Positions 1 to 8,954 are shown, counted from the first letter of the stretch. The stretch: 43,306 bases of DNA from Candidatus Omnitrophota bacterium (GCA_043812495.1 JBDRMG010000033.1:1-43306), one strand, 5' to 3'. The notes: generated by a model from the sequence alone, not told the origin. Made by a program: numbers and translations.

Positions 1-1
1 C

Positions 2-130
2 GGACAATGTAAAGAAGCTGTCGCGTCTCTTATCATCATCGACTCTACTTGCTTGTTATCAAAGAACCCTAAAGCGGCTGAAATCCTCAAGATTAAATCA
101 CAAAGGTTTAAAGAACGGCTCAAAAATTAA
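2..130 (+). CDS. 3' end of an unidentified CDS truncated by the window edge
   Basis: Open frame 2 (GQCKEAVASLIII...KERLKN) ending TAA at 128-130; no recognisable motif. Confidence 0.35.
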   Translation, partial: GQCKEAVASLIIIDSTCLLSKNPKAAEILKIKSQRFKERLKN

Positions 131-297
131 CAAAGTCCTGACCTCGTTTAAAAACTTAACATGTCGTCAAGTCGAGACCTGACCCCCTATCCTGCGACGC
201 GCCACATTCTGTTTGTCGTGAACATTAATCTAACAAATATATTCTTATTGTCAAGGGAAAGTAGGCGGCGGGATGAATTTTGATTTTTGTAATGATT

Positions 298-588
298 CTA
301 TGCATGAATGGCTTTGATGACGCCGCGAGGATTATTGTTGATGGCTGTCATCAAAACTCTGGCCGGGCCTTCAGGATATGTTCTTCCCTGCTCCCAATTT
401 CTTAGTGTCGAGACAGGGATGCCGATAATATTGGCAAATTCCGCCTGCGAAAGCTTTAACTTCGTTCTCATCGCTTTAATATTGAGCGGCGTGACTGCAA
501 AATGGCGGGAAGGTTCCTTTTTTCCATCCGCGATTTCTCTTGCTTCGGTAATACTTTTTAATAAATCATTGAATAATGTTTTTTTCAT
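298..588 (-). CDS. HigA-like XRE/HTH antitoxin
   Basis: 96 aa, HTH_3 pattern LSQAEFA..IGIPVSTLRNWEQGR..PEGPA; overlaps the upstream toxin by 4 nt. Confidence 0.85.
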   Translation of the reverse strand: MKKTLFNDLLKSITEAREIADGKKEPSRHFAVTPLNIKAMRTKLKLSQAEFANIIGIPVSTLRNWEQGRTYPEGPARVLMTAINNNPRGVIKAIHA

Positions 589-902
589 AGCACACCTTCT
601 TTAACGATTTTGGCCAGTTCCTTAAGCTGTTTTCTTGAAAGATCGGCCGATTCACTCTTTTTGTACGCCAAAAGCATAAATATCTGAGACCTGGAAAAAT
701 ACCAATAATAAATGACGCGTATTCCGGATCGCTTGCCCTTTCCCCTTGCTTTCCATCGTATTTTTCTTAATCCCGCACCCTGGGGAATCAACGCACCAGC
801 CTCGGGATGTCCCGCCAGATGTATCTGCAATCCGGCATATTCCTCATCCTGTAGAATCCCGCTGATTTGCCTGGTAAATATCGATGTTTCAAAAAATTCC
901 AT
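585..902 (-). CDS. RelE/HigB-family toxin
   Basis: 105 aa with GLRKIRW..GKGKRSGIRVIYY..IFMLLAYKK motif; toxin-first order as in higBA. Confidence 0.85.
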   Translation of the reverse strand: MEFFETSIFTRQISGILQDEEYAGLQIHLAGHPEAGALIPQGAGLRKIRWKARGKGKRSGIRVIYYWYFSRSQIFMLLAYKKSESADLSRKQLKELAKIVKEGVL

Positions 903-919
903 TGATGCGCTCTCACTGT

Positions 920-949
920 AAGTATACGCTATTAGCGTATACTTGGCAA
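920..949 (-). promoter_or_regulatory. sigma70 promoter with overlapping 12-bp palindromic operator for the TA operon
   Basis: Minus strand TTGCCA-17nt-TATACT; perfect IR AAGTATACGCTA-T-TAGCGTATACTT (920-944) covers the spacer and -10. Confidence 0.8.
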
Positions 950-968
950 GTTATTTATTACATTTGAT

Positions 969-1020
969 TTAGGGACAGGTCCCAGGTCCATCCCAAAATC
1001 ATGCCGGGACCTGTCCCTAA
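969..1020. repeat. REP-like inverted repeat
   Basis: TTAGGGACAGGTCCC ... GGGACCTGTCCCTAA, perfect 15-bp arms. Confidence 0.75.
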
Positions 1021-1062
1021 AATAATCCTATCAATAGACTTTGTCAACTGCAAATAGTCAGG

Positions 1063-1122
1063 CGGCCCGCCATTGATTCAGTGGCGGGGCGGGGATTAAG
1101 CAAATGCAATATTACCTTTCAA
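1063..1122 (+). repeat. Structured intergenic element, copy 1 (3' half only)
   Basis: CCCGCCATTGATTCAGTGGCGGG hairpin plus GGGGATTAAGCAAATGCAAT...TTTCAA tail shared with full copies. Confidence 0.75.
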
Positions 1123-1165
1123 TATCTTATGGACAACGCCTGCCATGCTTTCCCTGATAACTATC

Positions 1166-2929
1166 CTAACCTATTTTATAAATTCTGTTTTTACCTTCTT
1201 TCTTAGCCTGATACAAGGCTGTATCGGCTTTTAACATTAATTCATATCTGTCTTTCTGCCCTCCAAATTTAACCAGGCCGATGCTGATCGTTGCTTTTTG
1301 TTTTAATCGTAATTTGCCGACATTGGCCAGTATCTTTCCGGCCACGCATTCCGCATCAGCGACATCCGTATCCGGCAGAATAATAACAAACTCGTCACCG
1401 GCATAGCGGGATACGATATCGACATTGCGTGTATGCAAACTGAATAACTTTGATAATTCTTTGAGCAATATATCCCCATCCAGATGGCCGAACGTATCAT
1501 TGTACGTTTTGAAATCGTCGATATCGATCATCAAAAGGCATAACGGCCTCTTATAGCGCCGGGCCCGGTTGATTTCCCTGTCAAGGCTTTGTGCAAAGTG
1601 ACGAAAGTTGTAAATACCCGTCAAGGGATCTGTGATCGTCAGAAATTTTAACTCCTTATAAAGATGCGATGCCTCAATGGCGACAGCCACATGGCGAACG
1701 ATCATATTGAGGATCTTCAGATCCAGGTCATTATATATTTTCGTCTGCTCAGATTGCTTGTTGGTTACGCTGAGAACGCCCATCAGCTTGTCGCCTAATT
1801 TCAAAGGAGCGCTGATAAACGATTTGCTTTGATAATACGGCATGTTTCTTCTGGAAAACCGCTTATCTTTTTCAATGTCTTCGACAAGGACAGATTTTCC
1901 TTCCAGCGCGATTAATCCGGCGATAGGATCCCCCAGCTTTTTTCGTTCAGGAATATCGAAATTGTCACTAAAACCGACATGCCCTTTCAGGCATAGATCA
2001 TTTGTTTTTTCATCGTACAGCATCAAGGAGCATCTGGAGGATTCCAGGATTTTAGAAGTTTTTTTGATGACAAAATCAATCAATGTATCCATGTTCAAAA
2101 CCGCATGGAGCCCTTCTTCCAGCTTCAGCACCTGTTCCAGCTTGTTCTTCTCAACTTCCAGCAGATGTTTTAATTGCTTTTCTTTTTGTTCGGCCAGAAG
2201 ACGGCCGGAAATATCCCTGGCAATGACAGAAACCCCTATGATGGACCCCTGCATATCTTTAATCGGGGAATTGGTCAATGAAACCTGGACTATCGAGCCG
2301 TCCTTTTTCAATCGCGTAGTCTCATAATACCTGATCAAGCTATCCTGCTTGACAATATCCCGTATGGGGATGAATTCCCCCCGTTTATCTTCGGAAAATA
2401 ATATCTGATAGGATTTTCCGGTTATTTCCGCTGCGTGATAACCAAATAGATTCCGGGCGCTTTCATTCCAGCTTGTGATGATGCCGTCTAAGGACACACC
2501 CCATATTGCATCATTCGTACTCTCGACAATAGAAGACATATACAATTTTATTTCTTGAGACTGCTTTGCCTTGATTCCCAGAAAGGCCATTATCCATATC
2601 AAGGCGAATACCAGAATATGGTTGGCATAAAAACGAAGGGCTTGTTGATGCGGCGGCAACATAACGATTCCGGTCAAGACAAGAATAGAGGTAAATATGG
2701 CGAAATTGATCGTAACGTTTTTCTTAGAGGACCATAATGACAGAGCGATAATCGCAGAATAAAGAATACCGACAACAGCCCAGGGGATACACAAATCAAC
2801 AAAAAAGAATATTCCTGATAATATGAAACACGCTATTAAGATAGGCCTGTCTAAGTTCTGGCTTTTTTTCATCATCATAGGTGCTTCGGGATATCGTCCG
2901 CCTCCTTTAAAAGGTGTAACCCCGGTCAT
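1166..2929 (-). CDS. Membrane PAS-GAF-GGDEF diguanylate cyclase
   Basis: N-terminal TM helices, PAS (WNESARNLFGY), GAF, then TDPLTG..N, DIDDFK.YND.FGH, RNVD I-site, YAGDEF, KADTALYQAK; true start may be ATG 2878. Confidence 0.9.
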   Translation of the reverse strand: MTGVTPFKGGGRYPEAPMMMKKSQNLDRPILIACFILSGIFFFVDLCIPWAVVGILYSAIIALSLWSSKKNVTINFAIFTSILVLTGIVMLPPHQQALRFYANHILVFALIWIMAFLGIKAKQSQEIKLYMSSIVESTNDAIWGVSLDGIITSWNESARNLFGYHAAEITGKSYQILFSEDKRGEFIPIRDIVKQDSLIRYYETTRLKKDGSIVQVSLTNSPIKDMQGSIIGVSVIARDISGRLLAEQKEKQLKHLLEVEKNKLEQVLKLEEGLHAVLNMDTLIDFVIKKTSKILESSRCSLMLYDEKTNDLCLKGHVGFSDNFDIPERKKLGDPIAGLIALEGKSVLVEDIEKDKRFSRRNMPYYQSKSFISAPLKLGDKLMGVLSVTNKQSEQTKIYNDLDLKILNMIVRHVAVAIEASHLYKELKFLTITDPLTGIYNFRHFAQSLDREINRARRYKRPLCLLMIDIDDFKTYNDTFGHLDGDILLKELSKLFSLHTRNVDIVSRYAGDEFVIILPDTDVADAECVAGKILANVGKLRLKQKATISIGLVKFGGQKDRYELMLKADTALYQAKKEGKNRIYKIG

Positions 2930-2992
2930 TCAGCTCAGGGTCATAAAACTCAAAATAAATGGTGCATAAATGGTGTCAGACCCGATATCTTC

Positions 2993-3050
2993 TCAATGAG
3001 GCCTGCACTTCTGGATGCCGCGCCCGTCATTGATTCAGTGGCGGGCGGGA
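2993..3050 (+). repeat. Structured intergenic element, copy 2 (internally deleted)
   Basis: TCAATGAGGCCTGCACTT joined via a short linker to CGCCCGTCATTGATTCAGTGGCGGGCG; lies between imperfect IR arms GGTGTCAGAC (2972) and GCCTGTCACC (3066). Confidence 0.7.
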
Positions 3051-3078
3051 AAATGAGCCTGTCACCTTTTTCCCTAAA

Positions 3079-3564
3079 TTATCCTCCGAATATCTCTTTG
3101 AGTCTCTCTGTATCGTTGACATAAAAACAAATCGGGACTTTGTCCCTGACGTCCGGGACGAACGCCCGAAGGCAGCGGTTCCCTTCTGCATCAACGGTCA
3201 CGGCGATATCTTCTTTTTGGCATAATAAATAATTTGTCAGCATCGGAATATTATCAGGTTTATTTCTATGGGTGTAATCAATGATGCGAATTGTCATATT
3301 CGTAACCGACTGTATGATTCTCATATCGGTGACCTTAATCCCTCCGCCGGTTGCGCAATCCCCTCTTCGAATCTTCGGGCTGGTTAACGCTGTTCCCGTA
3401 ATCCCGAAACTTGTTGTTGGGTTCGTGACGACTTTTATGCCGCTTTCTTCATAGAGAATTTCCTCTCCAGGCAGAAGCTTGATGGCCGAAGACAGCATTT
3501 TCGGCAAAAAGATAACCATTAAAAGAACGATCCCGATAAAAATGATTAAAGACATAAATGCCAT
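3079..3564 (-). CDS. Hypothetical membrane-anchored protein
   Basis: 161 aa, N-terminal TM helix, SD AAGGAGG upstream. Confidence 0.7.
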   Translation of the reverse strand: MAFMSLIIFIGIVLLMVIFLPKMLSSAIKLLPGEEILYEESGIKVVTNPTTSFGITGTALTSPKIRRGDCATGGGIKVTDMRIIQSVTNMTIRIIDYTHRNKPDNIPMLTNYLLCQKEDIAVTVDAEGNRCLRAFVPDVRDKVPICFYVNDTERLKEIFGG

Positions 3565-3579
3565 CTTGACCTCCTTCTT

Positions 3580-4278
3580 TTATTTTCGTATCCGATATAT
3601 CTCGTTTTTATTTTGGGCCGGGGCCAAGAATTCATCCGGCCCTGAAACCGTCAAACCGTTAATGCGCACATCCAGCTTGTAGCGGGCGACAACATTCATG
3701 GCGGCGTCATAGGCGTAGATGGTTTGATTGTCGCAGGAATACAAGGCCGATGAATCAGCCGCCAAACCGCAGATAGCGTGATGCGCCTTAAAAGAACGCT
3801 CTATCTCAGCTTTTCCCCGGCTTAATTGGATTTCATAAATTTGACCGGCATCGTCATCCGCTATATAAATTTTACCTCGATAATACGCCATCCCTGTAAC
3901 GCGATTCATTCTTTGGGATAGTGGATAACTGGCATTTCCGGCCATAATGGCATTCGAAAGGCTGTCATACACATACACGCCCCCTGGGGCGCTTGCCACG
4001 GCCGTCAGCTGAAAACCTTTGGTAGGCGCGATAAAAGAACGCGCAAAATCAGGCTGACCCGCCCGATACGGAATCTCGCACCAAACGTCCTCCCCCGACA
4101 AAGAAATATGACCATTTCTTGAGTCGATACCGATACCGCTAAAGCGGTCGGGGGGAAGATTGCTTTTGTAATGGGGAATTTTAAAGGTTTCGACTTTTAA
4201 ATAAACACCCTGCGCAAAGACAGACACGTTGAGAAGCAATACGGCAATCGACAATAGAAAAAATCTTTTCAAGATCAT
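3580..4278 (-). CDS. Hypothetical secreted protein, possible beta-propeller
   Basis: Signal peptide (..VFA|Q), repeated G(L/M)A..xxLYIAD-type blades. Confidence 0.65.
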   Translation of the reverse strand: MILKRFFLLSIAVLLLNVSVFAQGVYLKVETFKIPHYKSNLPPDRFSGIGIDSRNGHISLSGEDVWCEIPYRAGQPDFARSFIAPTKGFQLTAVASAPGGVYVYDSLSNAIMAGNASYPLSQRMNRVTGMAYYRGKIYIADDDAGQIYEIQLSRGKAEIERSFKAHHAICGLAADSSALYSCDNQTIYAYDAAMNVVARYKLDVRINGLTVSGPDEFLAPAQNKNEIYRIRK

Positions 4279-4306
4279 AAGTTATAAAAAGAATGGTCTA
4301 GATAAT

Positions 4307-5107
4307 TCAAATGAGTTTGTTCTTCAATCCTTGAGCAAGCAGAATAAATTGCTCAAGCTCTTCGTTGTTGTCAAAATCTTTAGGCCCGTTGTTGTGCTGC
4401 ACGAAAATCATCAGATTGTTTTTATCAATGAGAGTAAAGACCTCACATGGTTTTAAAAACTTTCCCTTATTCGCTAAATAATACTCTTGGACTTCCTGGC
4501 GGATTAAGTTTTTCGCGGCGTCGGCTCTATCCGCATAAACAACAAAATGATCGTTGAATGCTTGATTGTTTCCTGCAGTTATCTCTTTCAGATCTTTGCC
4601 TTCGCGGTTCCGGAGTATTCTTCCCATAAGGGTTTGTCCACGAGGTCTTATGATTAAGTCGGCTTCAAAATATTGGTTAGCTTGATACAAATAAACAGTA
4701 TGATAAAAATCATATGTGAAATGAATACGATGAAAAATATATGAATTGCCTCCGCTATCTGAATGGACAAATATATTGCTTAAATACGGCGAGGGCTCGG
4801 AGCTCTCCATGGCCAGGGACGTGCCTTCCAGATGACGGGACAGGCCGATCGTGTCTTTCTGATAGAATCTTAAATTAAGTTTCAGAGCCAATTGCTTATA
4901 TCTTTTTTCTTTATCTTGCTCGGCCTTTTTCGAAGATTTAGCTATCAGAAAAACAATAATGCCTATCACGCCGAAGACGACAATAGCCCCTTTAATATTG
5001 GATGCGGCGGCAGACCCGGCCACTTGGCTGGTTTGAGCCAAAAGTATCTCGGCAGAAAACAAAAATAATACCAGAACAAACAGGATTAATATGGCTCTTC
5101 GAGTCAT
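4307..5107 (-). CDS. Hypothetical membrane protein
   Basis: ATG 5107 follows SD AAGGAGG; the track extension to 5134 lies inside a repeat; signal peptide plus TM helix. Confidence 0.7.
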   Translation of the reverse strand: MTRRAILILFVLVLFLFSAEILLAQTSQVAGSAAASNIKGAIVVFGVIGIIVFLIAKSSKKAEQDKEKRYKQLALKLNLRFYQKDTIGLSRHLEGTSLAMESSEPSPYLSNIFVHSDSGGNSYIFHRIHFTYDFYHTVYLYQANQYFEADLIIRPRGQTLMGRILRNREGKDLKEITAGNNQAFNDHFVVYADRADAAKNLIRQEVQEYYLANKGKFLKPCEVFTLIDKNNLMIFVQHNNGPKDFDNNEELEQFILLAQGLKNKLI

Positions 5108-5118
5108 CGCTCCTCCTT

Positions 5119-5304
5119 TCAATGAGGCCTGCACTTATGGAATGATAATGCCCGCCATTTTTTTAAATTTAGCGAGGTCTCGTCAATTCGACTTTGTCGA
5201 ATTGACGGAAACATAAGTGCATGGCCGAATTGACCTCGACACGCGCCAATAAAATTTTATCGGCGCGTGGCGGGGATTAAGCAAATACAATTATAATATT
5301 TCAA
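5119..5304 (+). repeat. Structured intergenic element, copy 3 (long form)
   Basis: TCAAT-GA-GGCC-TGCACTTATG...CATAAGTGCA-T-GGCC-GA-ATTGA, second hairpin, tail GGGGATTAAGCAAATACAATTATAATATTTCAA. Confidence 0.9.
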
Positions 5305-6312
5305 CTATTTGAAATAAATTGTTTGAGTCAGCTTGTTATTATCATAATCGGATTCGTAGACTTTTCTTTCTCGATTGACTTCTATCATAAATTCTTTGCT
5401 TTGTCCCTTGTATTGAGAGGCTGAATACCACAGGGGGGACAATTCCAGGCTTTCTTGCGGTTCAAGGCCTTCGAGGCATGACCAGAACTGACCAGGAGTA
5501 TCTCCTTCTGCCCCAAGGCTGTATCCATAACATTGCGTCCGTACCTGACCGATATTTTTTATGACCGGTGTCACTTTATAGCTGAAAACGGGCACTCTCT
5601 TGGCCTTGCCGTGCTCATCATAATCTGTGCGGATAATCCCTTTTTCCTCCTCCAGTTCAACTTTAAAATCTACCGGAATCAAGTCCGGCCGACCCTCCTC
5701 TTCGCTCATTTTACCCGGAAAAAGGCTGGCGGCGCTCTCCCACTTTTCTTCTGTTATTTTCCATTCTCCGTTTTCCTTGCTGAATCTGATCTTGCCTTCG
5801 ACCGGGCCGTATTGACCTTTGGCCTTAATGTCAAGGGATGCCTCATCACCGCTAATCTTCTCTTGCATGTCTTCAATTTGTTCCGGAACAATCGTCATGG
5901 TTTTTATCATATCCAAGACTTGTTTGGCTTTTTCTTGATCTTGCCATAACTCTTTGAGTTGTTCGTGTTTCTCGGATTTGCTGGATAAATAAGGCTTCAA
6001 TTCTTCCAGGCTTGCGGCGGCGTGCATTGCCTTAAGATAATCCAAATAGACTTCTTTTGGGCCTTGTTGAGTACTTTTTTCTTTGATGGGGTCAGCTTGA
6101 CCGGAAGAAGGAAGTTTTCCGGCTTCAATTTCTTCTATCTCATCCAAAAAATACGTAATCGCTATCCCAATGCCCATGTCCACCTTGATATACTTATCTG
6201 TTTTCTCCATAATCCTTCCTTCAATTGTTTTCCCTGATTTGAAGCGGATGGTTTCGGCAAAGGCCAAGGCGGGAATTAAAAGAACAGCTAATAAGAAAAA
6301 TAATTTCTTCAT
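5305..6312 (-). CDS. Secreted protein with C-terminal CARDB-like Ig domain
   Basis: Signal peptide (ALAFA|E); PDL..V..KNIG..E.DYDNN pattern typical of CARDB; SD AAGGAGG. Confidence 0.7.
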   Translation of the reverse strand: MKKLFFLLAVLLIPALAFAETIRFKSGKTIEGRIMEKTDKYIKVDMGIGIAITYFLDEIEEIEAGKLPSSGQADPIKEKSTQQGPKEVYLDYLKAMHAAASLEELKPYLSSKSEKHEQLKELWQDQEKAKQVLDMIKTMTIVPEQIEDMQEKISGDEASLDIKAKGQYGPVEGKIRFSKENGEWKITEEKWESAASLFPGKMSEEEGRPDLIPVDFKVELEEEKGIIRTDYDEHGKAKRVPVFSYKVTPVIKNIGQVRTQCYGYSLGAEGDTPGQFWSCLEGLEPQESLELSPLWYSASQYKGQSKEFMIEVNRERKVYESDYDNNKLTQTIYFK

Positions 6313-6344
6313 TACTTGCCTCCTTTAAAATGGTGTATGCTTAC

Positions 6345-6524
6345 AGGGACGTTCTTCGCCCCCATTTCAAGGGTGTCCCTTTAAATGAGGCCACAATTTA
6401 CGCGTGCCAATCGTTGTCGGCTAAACATAAGTTGTATGGCCGAATTTACTTCGATTCCCGCTTTTTGGGAATCGAAGCTAGTTCTTTCGGGGACACCCTT
6501 AGCTTACCGGCGAAGAACGTCCCT
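6345..6524. repeat. REP-like nested inverted repeat enclosing element copy 4
   Basis: AGGGACGTTCTTCGCC (6345-6360)/GGCGAAGAACGTCCCT (6509-6524) and AAGGGTGTCCC (6369-6379)/GGGACACCCTT (6490-6500). Confidence 0.8.
6382..6477 (+). repeat. Structured intergenic element, copy 4 (no tail)
   Basis: TAAAT-GA-GGCC-ACAATTTACG...CATAAGTTGT-AT-GGCC-GA-ATTTA then hairpin CTTCGATTCCC/GGGAATCGAAG. Confidence 0.8.
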
Positions 6525-6578
6525 AAAAATCTATTGGTTTTGCATCTTTTGGGCCTGGGCTTCTTTGCGTCGTTCGAA
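6513..6578. repeat. 66-bp direct repeat A (copy of the 3' end of gene 7276-7578)
   Basis: 62/66 identical to 7258-7323. Confidence 0.85.
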
Positions 6579-6588
6579 TAACGAGAGC

Positions 6589-7035
6589 TTATTTTTCCCC
6601 TAAGGCTTCTACGTCTGCTTCGTCTTTTTTTCGGCCGATGGCCCGCTTGTTTGACAGGAATAATTCTCTACTGATATAAAAAACCGAAACATCCCCGTAC
6701 TTGCCTTGTTCTTTGGATGTATAGGCTTGAGCCCAAGAAACACCGGAAAGAGAGGTGAGAATATCAACGCGAACGGGCGGGATCCCTAACTGGATAGCTT
6801 TTTTGGGTTGAACAAAATCGTTCGTATTTAAACCGACATTCCCGAAGCCGAATTCACTTAATGCCTTCAGTATTTTCTGCGCATTATTAGGACTGGCTTC
6901 GACAAGCAAATCCAGATCACCTGTCATGCGGGGAGCGCCGTGAAAAGCAAGGGCATATCCCCCGACAATCAAATACTTAACCTGATGCTTGTTGAGTAAC
7001 GCGAGCAGATCTTTGAAGTCGGATTGAATATCCAT
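6589..7035 (-). CDS. Nucleotidyltransferase-fold protein (DUF6036-like), putative TA component
   Basis: YLIVGGYA..HG.PR.TGDLDLLV and GR.KD..D motifs. Confidence 0.8.
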   Translation of the reverse strand: MDIQSDFKDLLALLNKHQVKYLIVGGYALAFHGAPRMTGDLDLLVEASPNNAQKILKALSEFGFGNVGLNTNDFVQPKKAIQLGIPPVRVDILTSLSGVSWAQAYTSKEQGKYGDVSVFYISRELFLSNKRAIGRKKDEADVEALGEK

Positions 7036-7165
7036 AATGTTGAAACCTTAAATGATCCACGGCCGCCGCGCGCTCTTCGGGCGGACGCCGCAGCCAATAC
7101 TGCACATCTTCCTTGATTTCCCCGGAGTCTTTGAGATTCGTTTTCCTGATAATTTTCTTAATCAT
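6977..7165 (-). CDS. Small partner protein of the nucleotidyltransferase (putative antitoxin)
   Basis: 62 aa with D..YW..RPPEER..A...LR pattern; overlaps the NTase start. Confidence 0.65.
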   Translation of the reverse strand: MIKKIIRKTNLKDSGEIKEDVQYWLRRPPEERAAAVDHLRFQHYGYSIRLQRSARVTQQASG

Positions 7166-7257
7166 ATTAAGATTATATCAAACAGGGCAAAATGAGAAAA
7201 GATGATTTTCAAGGGAAATAGCAAGAGTTAAATTATTGAGAAACTGTCCAAAACCTT

Positions 7258-7323
7258 AAGAACGTCCCTAAAGATTTACTGGTTTTGCATCTTTTGGGCC
7301 TGGGCTTCTTTGCGGCGTTCGAA
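7258..7323. repeat. 66-bp direct repeat B
   Basis: 62/66 identical to 6513-6578; spans the stop codon of gene 7276-7578. Confidence 0.85.
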
Positions 7324-7578
7324 CTCGGCGTTGATCTTCTTCTGATGGGCCTTCATGCGGGATTTCTTTCGCTCAAACTTGCGCGCATGGAGAATTTTTG
7401 TTGTCTCAAATTTGTTTTTGCCCGCAGCCGCCATCGCATCGGTCAGGTTATTAAACCATGTCTGGCGGTCGAATGGGTTGGGAATGTATCGGGTCCTGCC
7501 TGTTTGCGCCTGGCTTAAAAGACTGTAAGAAAATAAAAAGAAAAATGTAAAACTCAAAACAAGCAGTTTTCTCATCAT
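7276..7578 (-). CDS. Hypothetical secreted basic protein
   Basis: 100 aa, signal peptide, Lys/Arg-rich C-terminus. Confidence 0.7.
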   Translation of the reverse strand: MMRKLLVLSFTFFFLFSYSLLSQAQTGRTRYIPNPFDRQTWFNNLTDAMAAAGKNKFETTKILHARKFERKKSRMKAHQKKINAEFERRKEAQAQKMQNQ

Positions 7579-7598
7579 CCTACCCTTTCTTTAACTCA

Positions 7599-8276
7599 TC
7601 ACTTTGCTTCAATGAGCAATCCGCCCATGAGAACCGGGCCGTCCATGGTCCGGTCTTTGAAAATCTGCGCCAATGACTTTTCAGGCCCCTTGATCAGTAT
7701 TTTCTTAATCATCGGCTTTCCCCCTTCGAAGTAAACATAAAAAACCATAATAAAATCCTCCGGCGTCTCTGTCCGGGCAGTGTATTCGACGCGGACAAAA
7801 TAATCCCCTTTTTTGTCCTGTAAAGCCTTGGGGTCCGCGATCAAAAAAACGCTTTGCAGATTCCGATTGCGACTGATTTCCTGTGAAATGCCTGGCGTGT
7901 ATGTTTGAAAGCGTCTTAAATAATTGAATATTTCATATAAATTTTCAGTCCGTTTCTCCGTAGATACGATCTTCTGAGAAGTGAACCGCTGAATCATTTG
8001 ATCCATCTTAGTAAGCCACCGGTCCCGGGTAGGCCTATACCAGCATTCAACGGTTTCTTGGTCATCTTCTTTGGCAACGGCATTAAGAAAATAATTGACT
8101 TTTGTCTGTGCCAAAATAATTCTCTTTTCATGCTCGCTGAAGAGATATTGTTTCTTGATTTTTGTTATTTCGTTGATGAAATCATAATTGACAACAGAAA
8201 GTAAAGCCGAGCCCACGCCGATGCAAAAGGCCGCAATCACAGCAACGATAAAAATAATAAAGGAATAATTTCTCAA
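7599..8276 (-). CDS. Hypothetical membrane-anchored protein
   Basis: TTG 8276 follows SD AAGGAG; the track extension to 8357 lies in element copy 5; N-terminal TM helix. Confidence 0.7.
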   Translation of the reverse strand: MRNYSFIIFIVAVIAAFCIGVGSALLSVVNYDFINEITKIKKQYLFSEHEKRIILAQTKVNYFLNAVAKEDDQETVECWYRPTRDRWLTKMDQMIQRFTSQKIVSTEKRTENLYEIFNYLRRFQTYTPGISQEISRNRNLQSVFLIADPKALQDKKGDYFVRVEYTARTETPEDFIMVFYVYFEGGKPMIKKILIKGPEKSLAQIFKDRTMDGPVLMGGLLIEAK

Positions 8277-8288
8277 CTGACACTCCTT

Positions 8289-8409
8289 TCCATGAGCACA
8301 TAAGTTACGTGACCGTAGGGAACGTAACTTATAAGTGCGAATGGACCCCCGCACCAATTATTTCATAATTGGTGCGGGGGACGAAACAAATACAATTATA
8401 ATATTTCAA
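8289..8409 (+). repeat. Structured intergenic element, copy 5
   Basis: TCCAT-GA-GCAC-ATAAGTTACGT...ACGTAACTTAT-AA-GTGC-GA-ATGGA, hairpin CCCCCGCACCAATTAT/ATAATTGGTGCGGGGG, tail CAAATACAATTATAATATTTCAA. Confidence 0.9.
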
Positions 8410-8412
8410 CTT

Positions 8413-8943
8413 CTAGCGCGGAACAAACGCATCAACCACGGCCTTGAATCTCTCCCGGACACCCTGGCTATAGCTATCGTAAAGATGATACGTGATCAGA
8501 TAAAAAAATCGCTCGGTCTTAAGGTAAATATAATGCATATCCACGTTCCGGCCCCGGCCCTCTCCTTGTGCGAGGATTAGTCTGGCATCGTGCGCTCCAA
8601 GCCTGATACGTTCGCTTTTGCGCGACACAACCCGAAATCCCTTGATCTCCATATACATAACGTTTTTATCGATCAGCGGCTTGCTGGTCGCGTCCTCATC
8701 GATATCCGACGCAGGACCTAAAACATCGATTTCGATGAAATATTTGATATAGCCTTTGTCATAGAGTTTGAATCTCGCGCTTTTCTCTCGCTGATTTCTA
8801 CTCTGTGAAACTGCCCAACTGGACGGATGAACGATGCTAAAGAACTCATTCTCATAAGATTGATTGCCCGGCTTAATTTCGGGAGGCTTGAAGGAGCAAC
8901 CAACCGCAAAGACAAACAAAAAAAACAGTATTATTTTTCGCAA
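8413..8943 (-). CDS. Putative lipoprotein (PsbP-like fold possible)
   Basis: TTG start after GAGG; lipobox FAVG-C; FSIVHPSSW motif. Confidence 0.7.
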   Translation of the reverse strand: MRKIILFFLFVFAVGCSFKPPEIKPGNQSYENEFFSIVHPSSWAVSQSRNQREKSARFKLYDKGYIKYFIEIDVLGPASDIDEDATSKPLIDKNVMYMEIKGFRVVSRKSERIRLGAHDARLILAQGEGRGRNVDMHYIYLKTERFFYLITYHLYDSYSQGVRERFKAVVDAFVPR

Positions 8944-8954
8944 GGTGACCTCTT

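Noticed and set aside
6330..6603. Two + strand ORFs (83 and 72 aa)
   Set aside because: Made up of the palindrome, element copy 4 and the direct repeat
5119..8409. Canonical integron attC sites
   Set aside because: No RYYYAAC/GTTRRRY cores at the hairpin ends, copies occur in both orientations and inside core operons, and no intI is in the window
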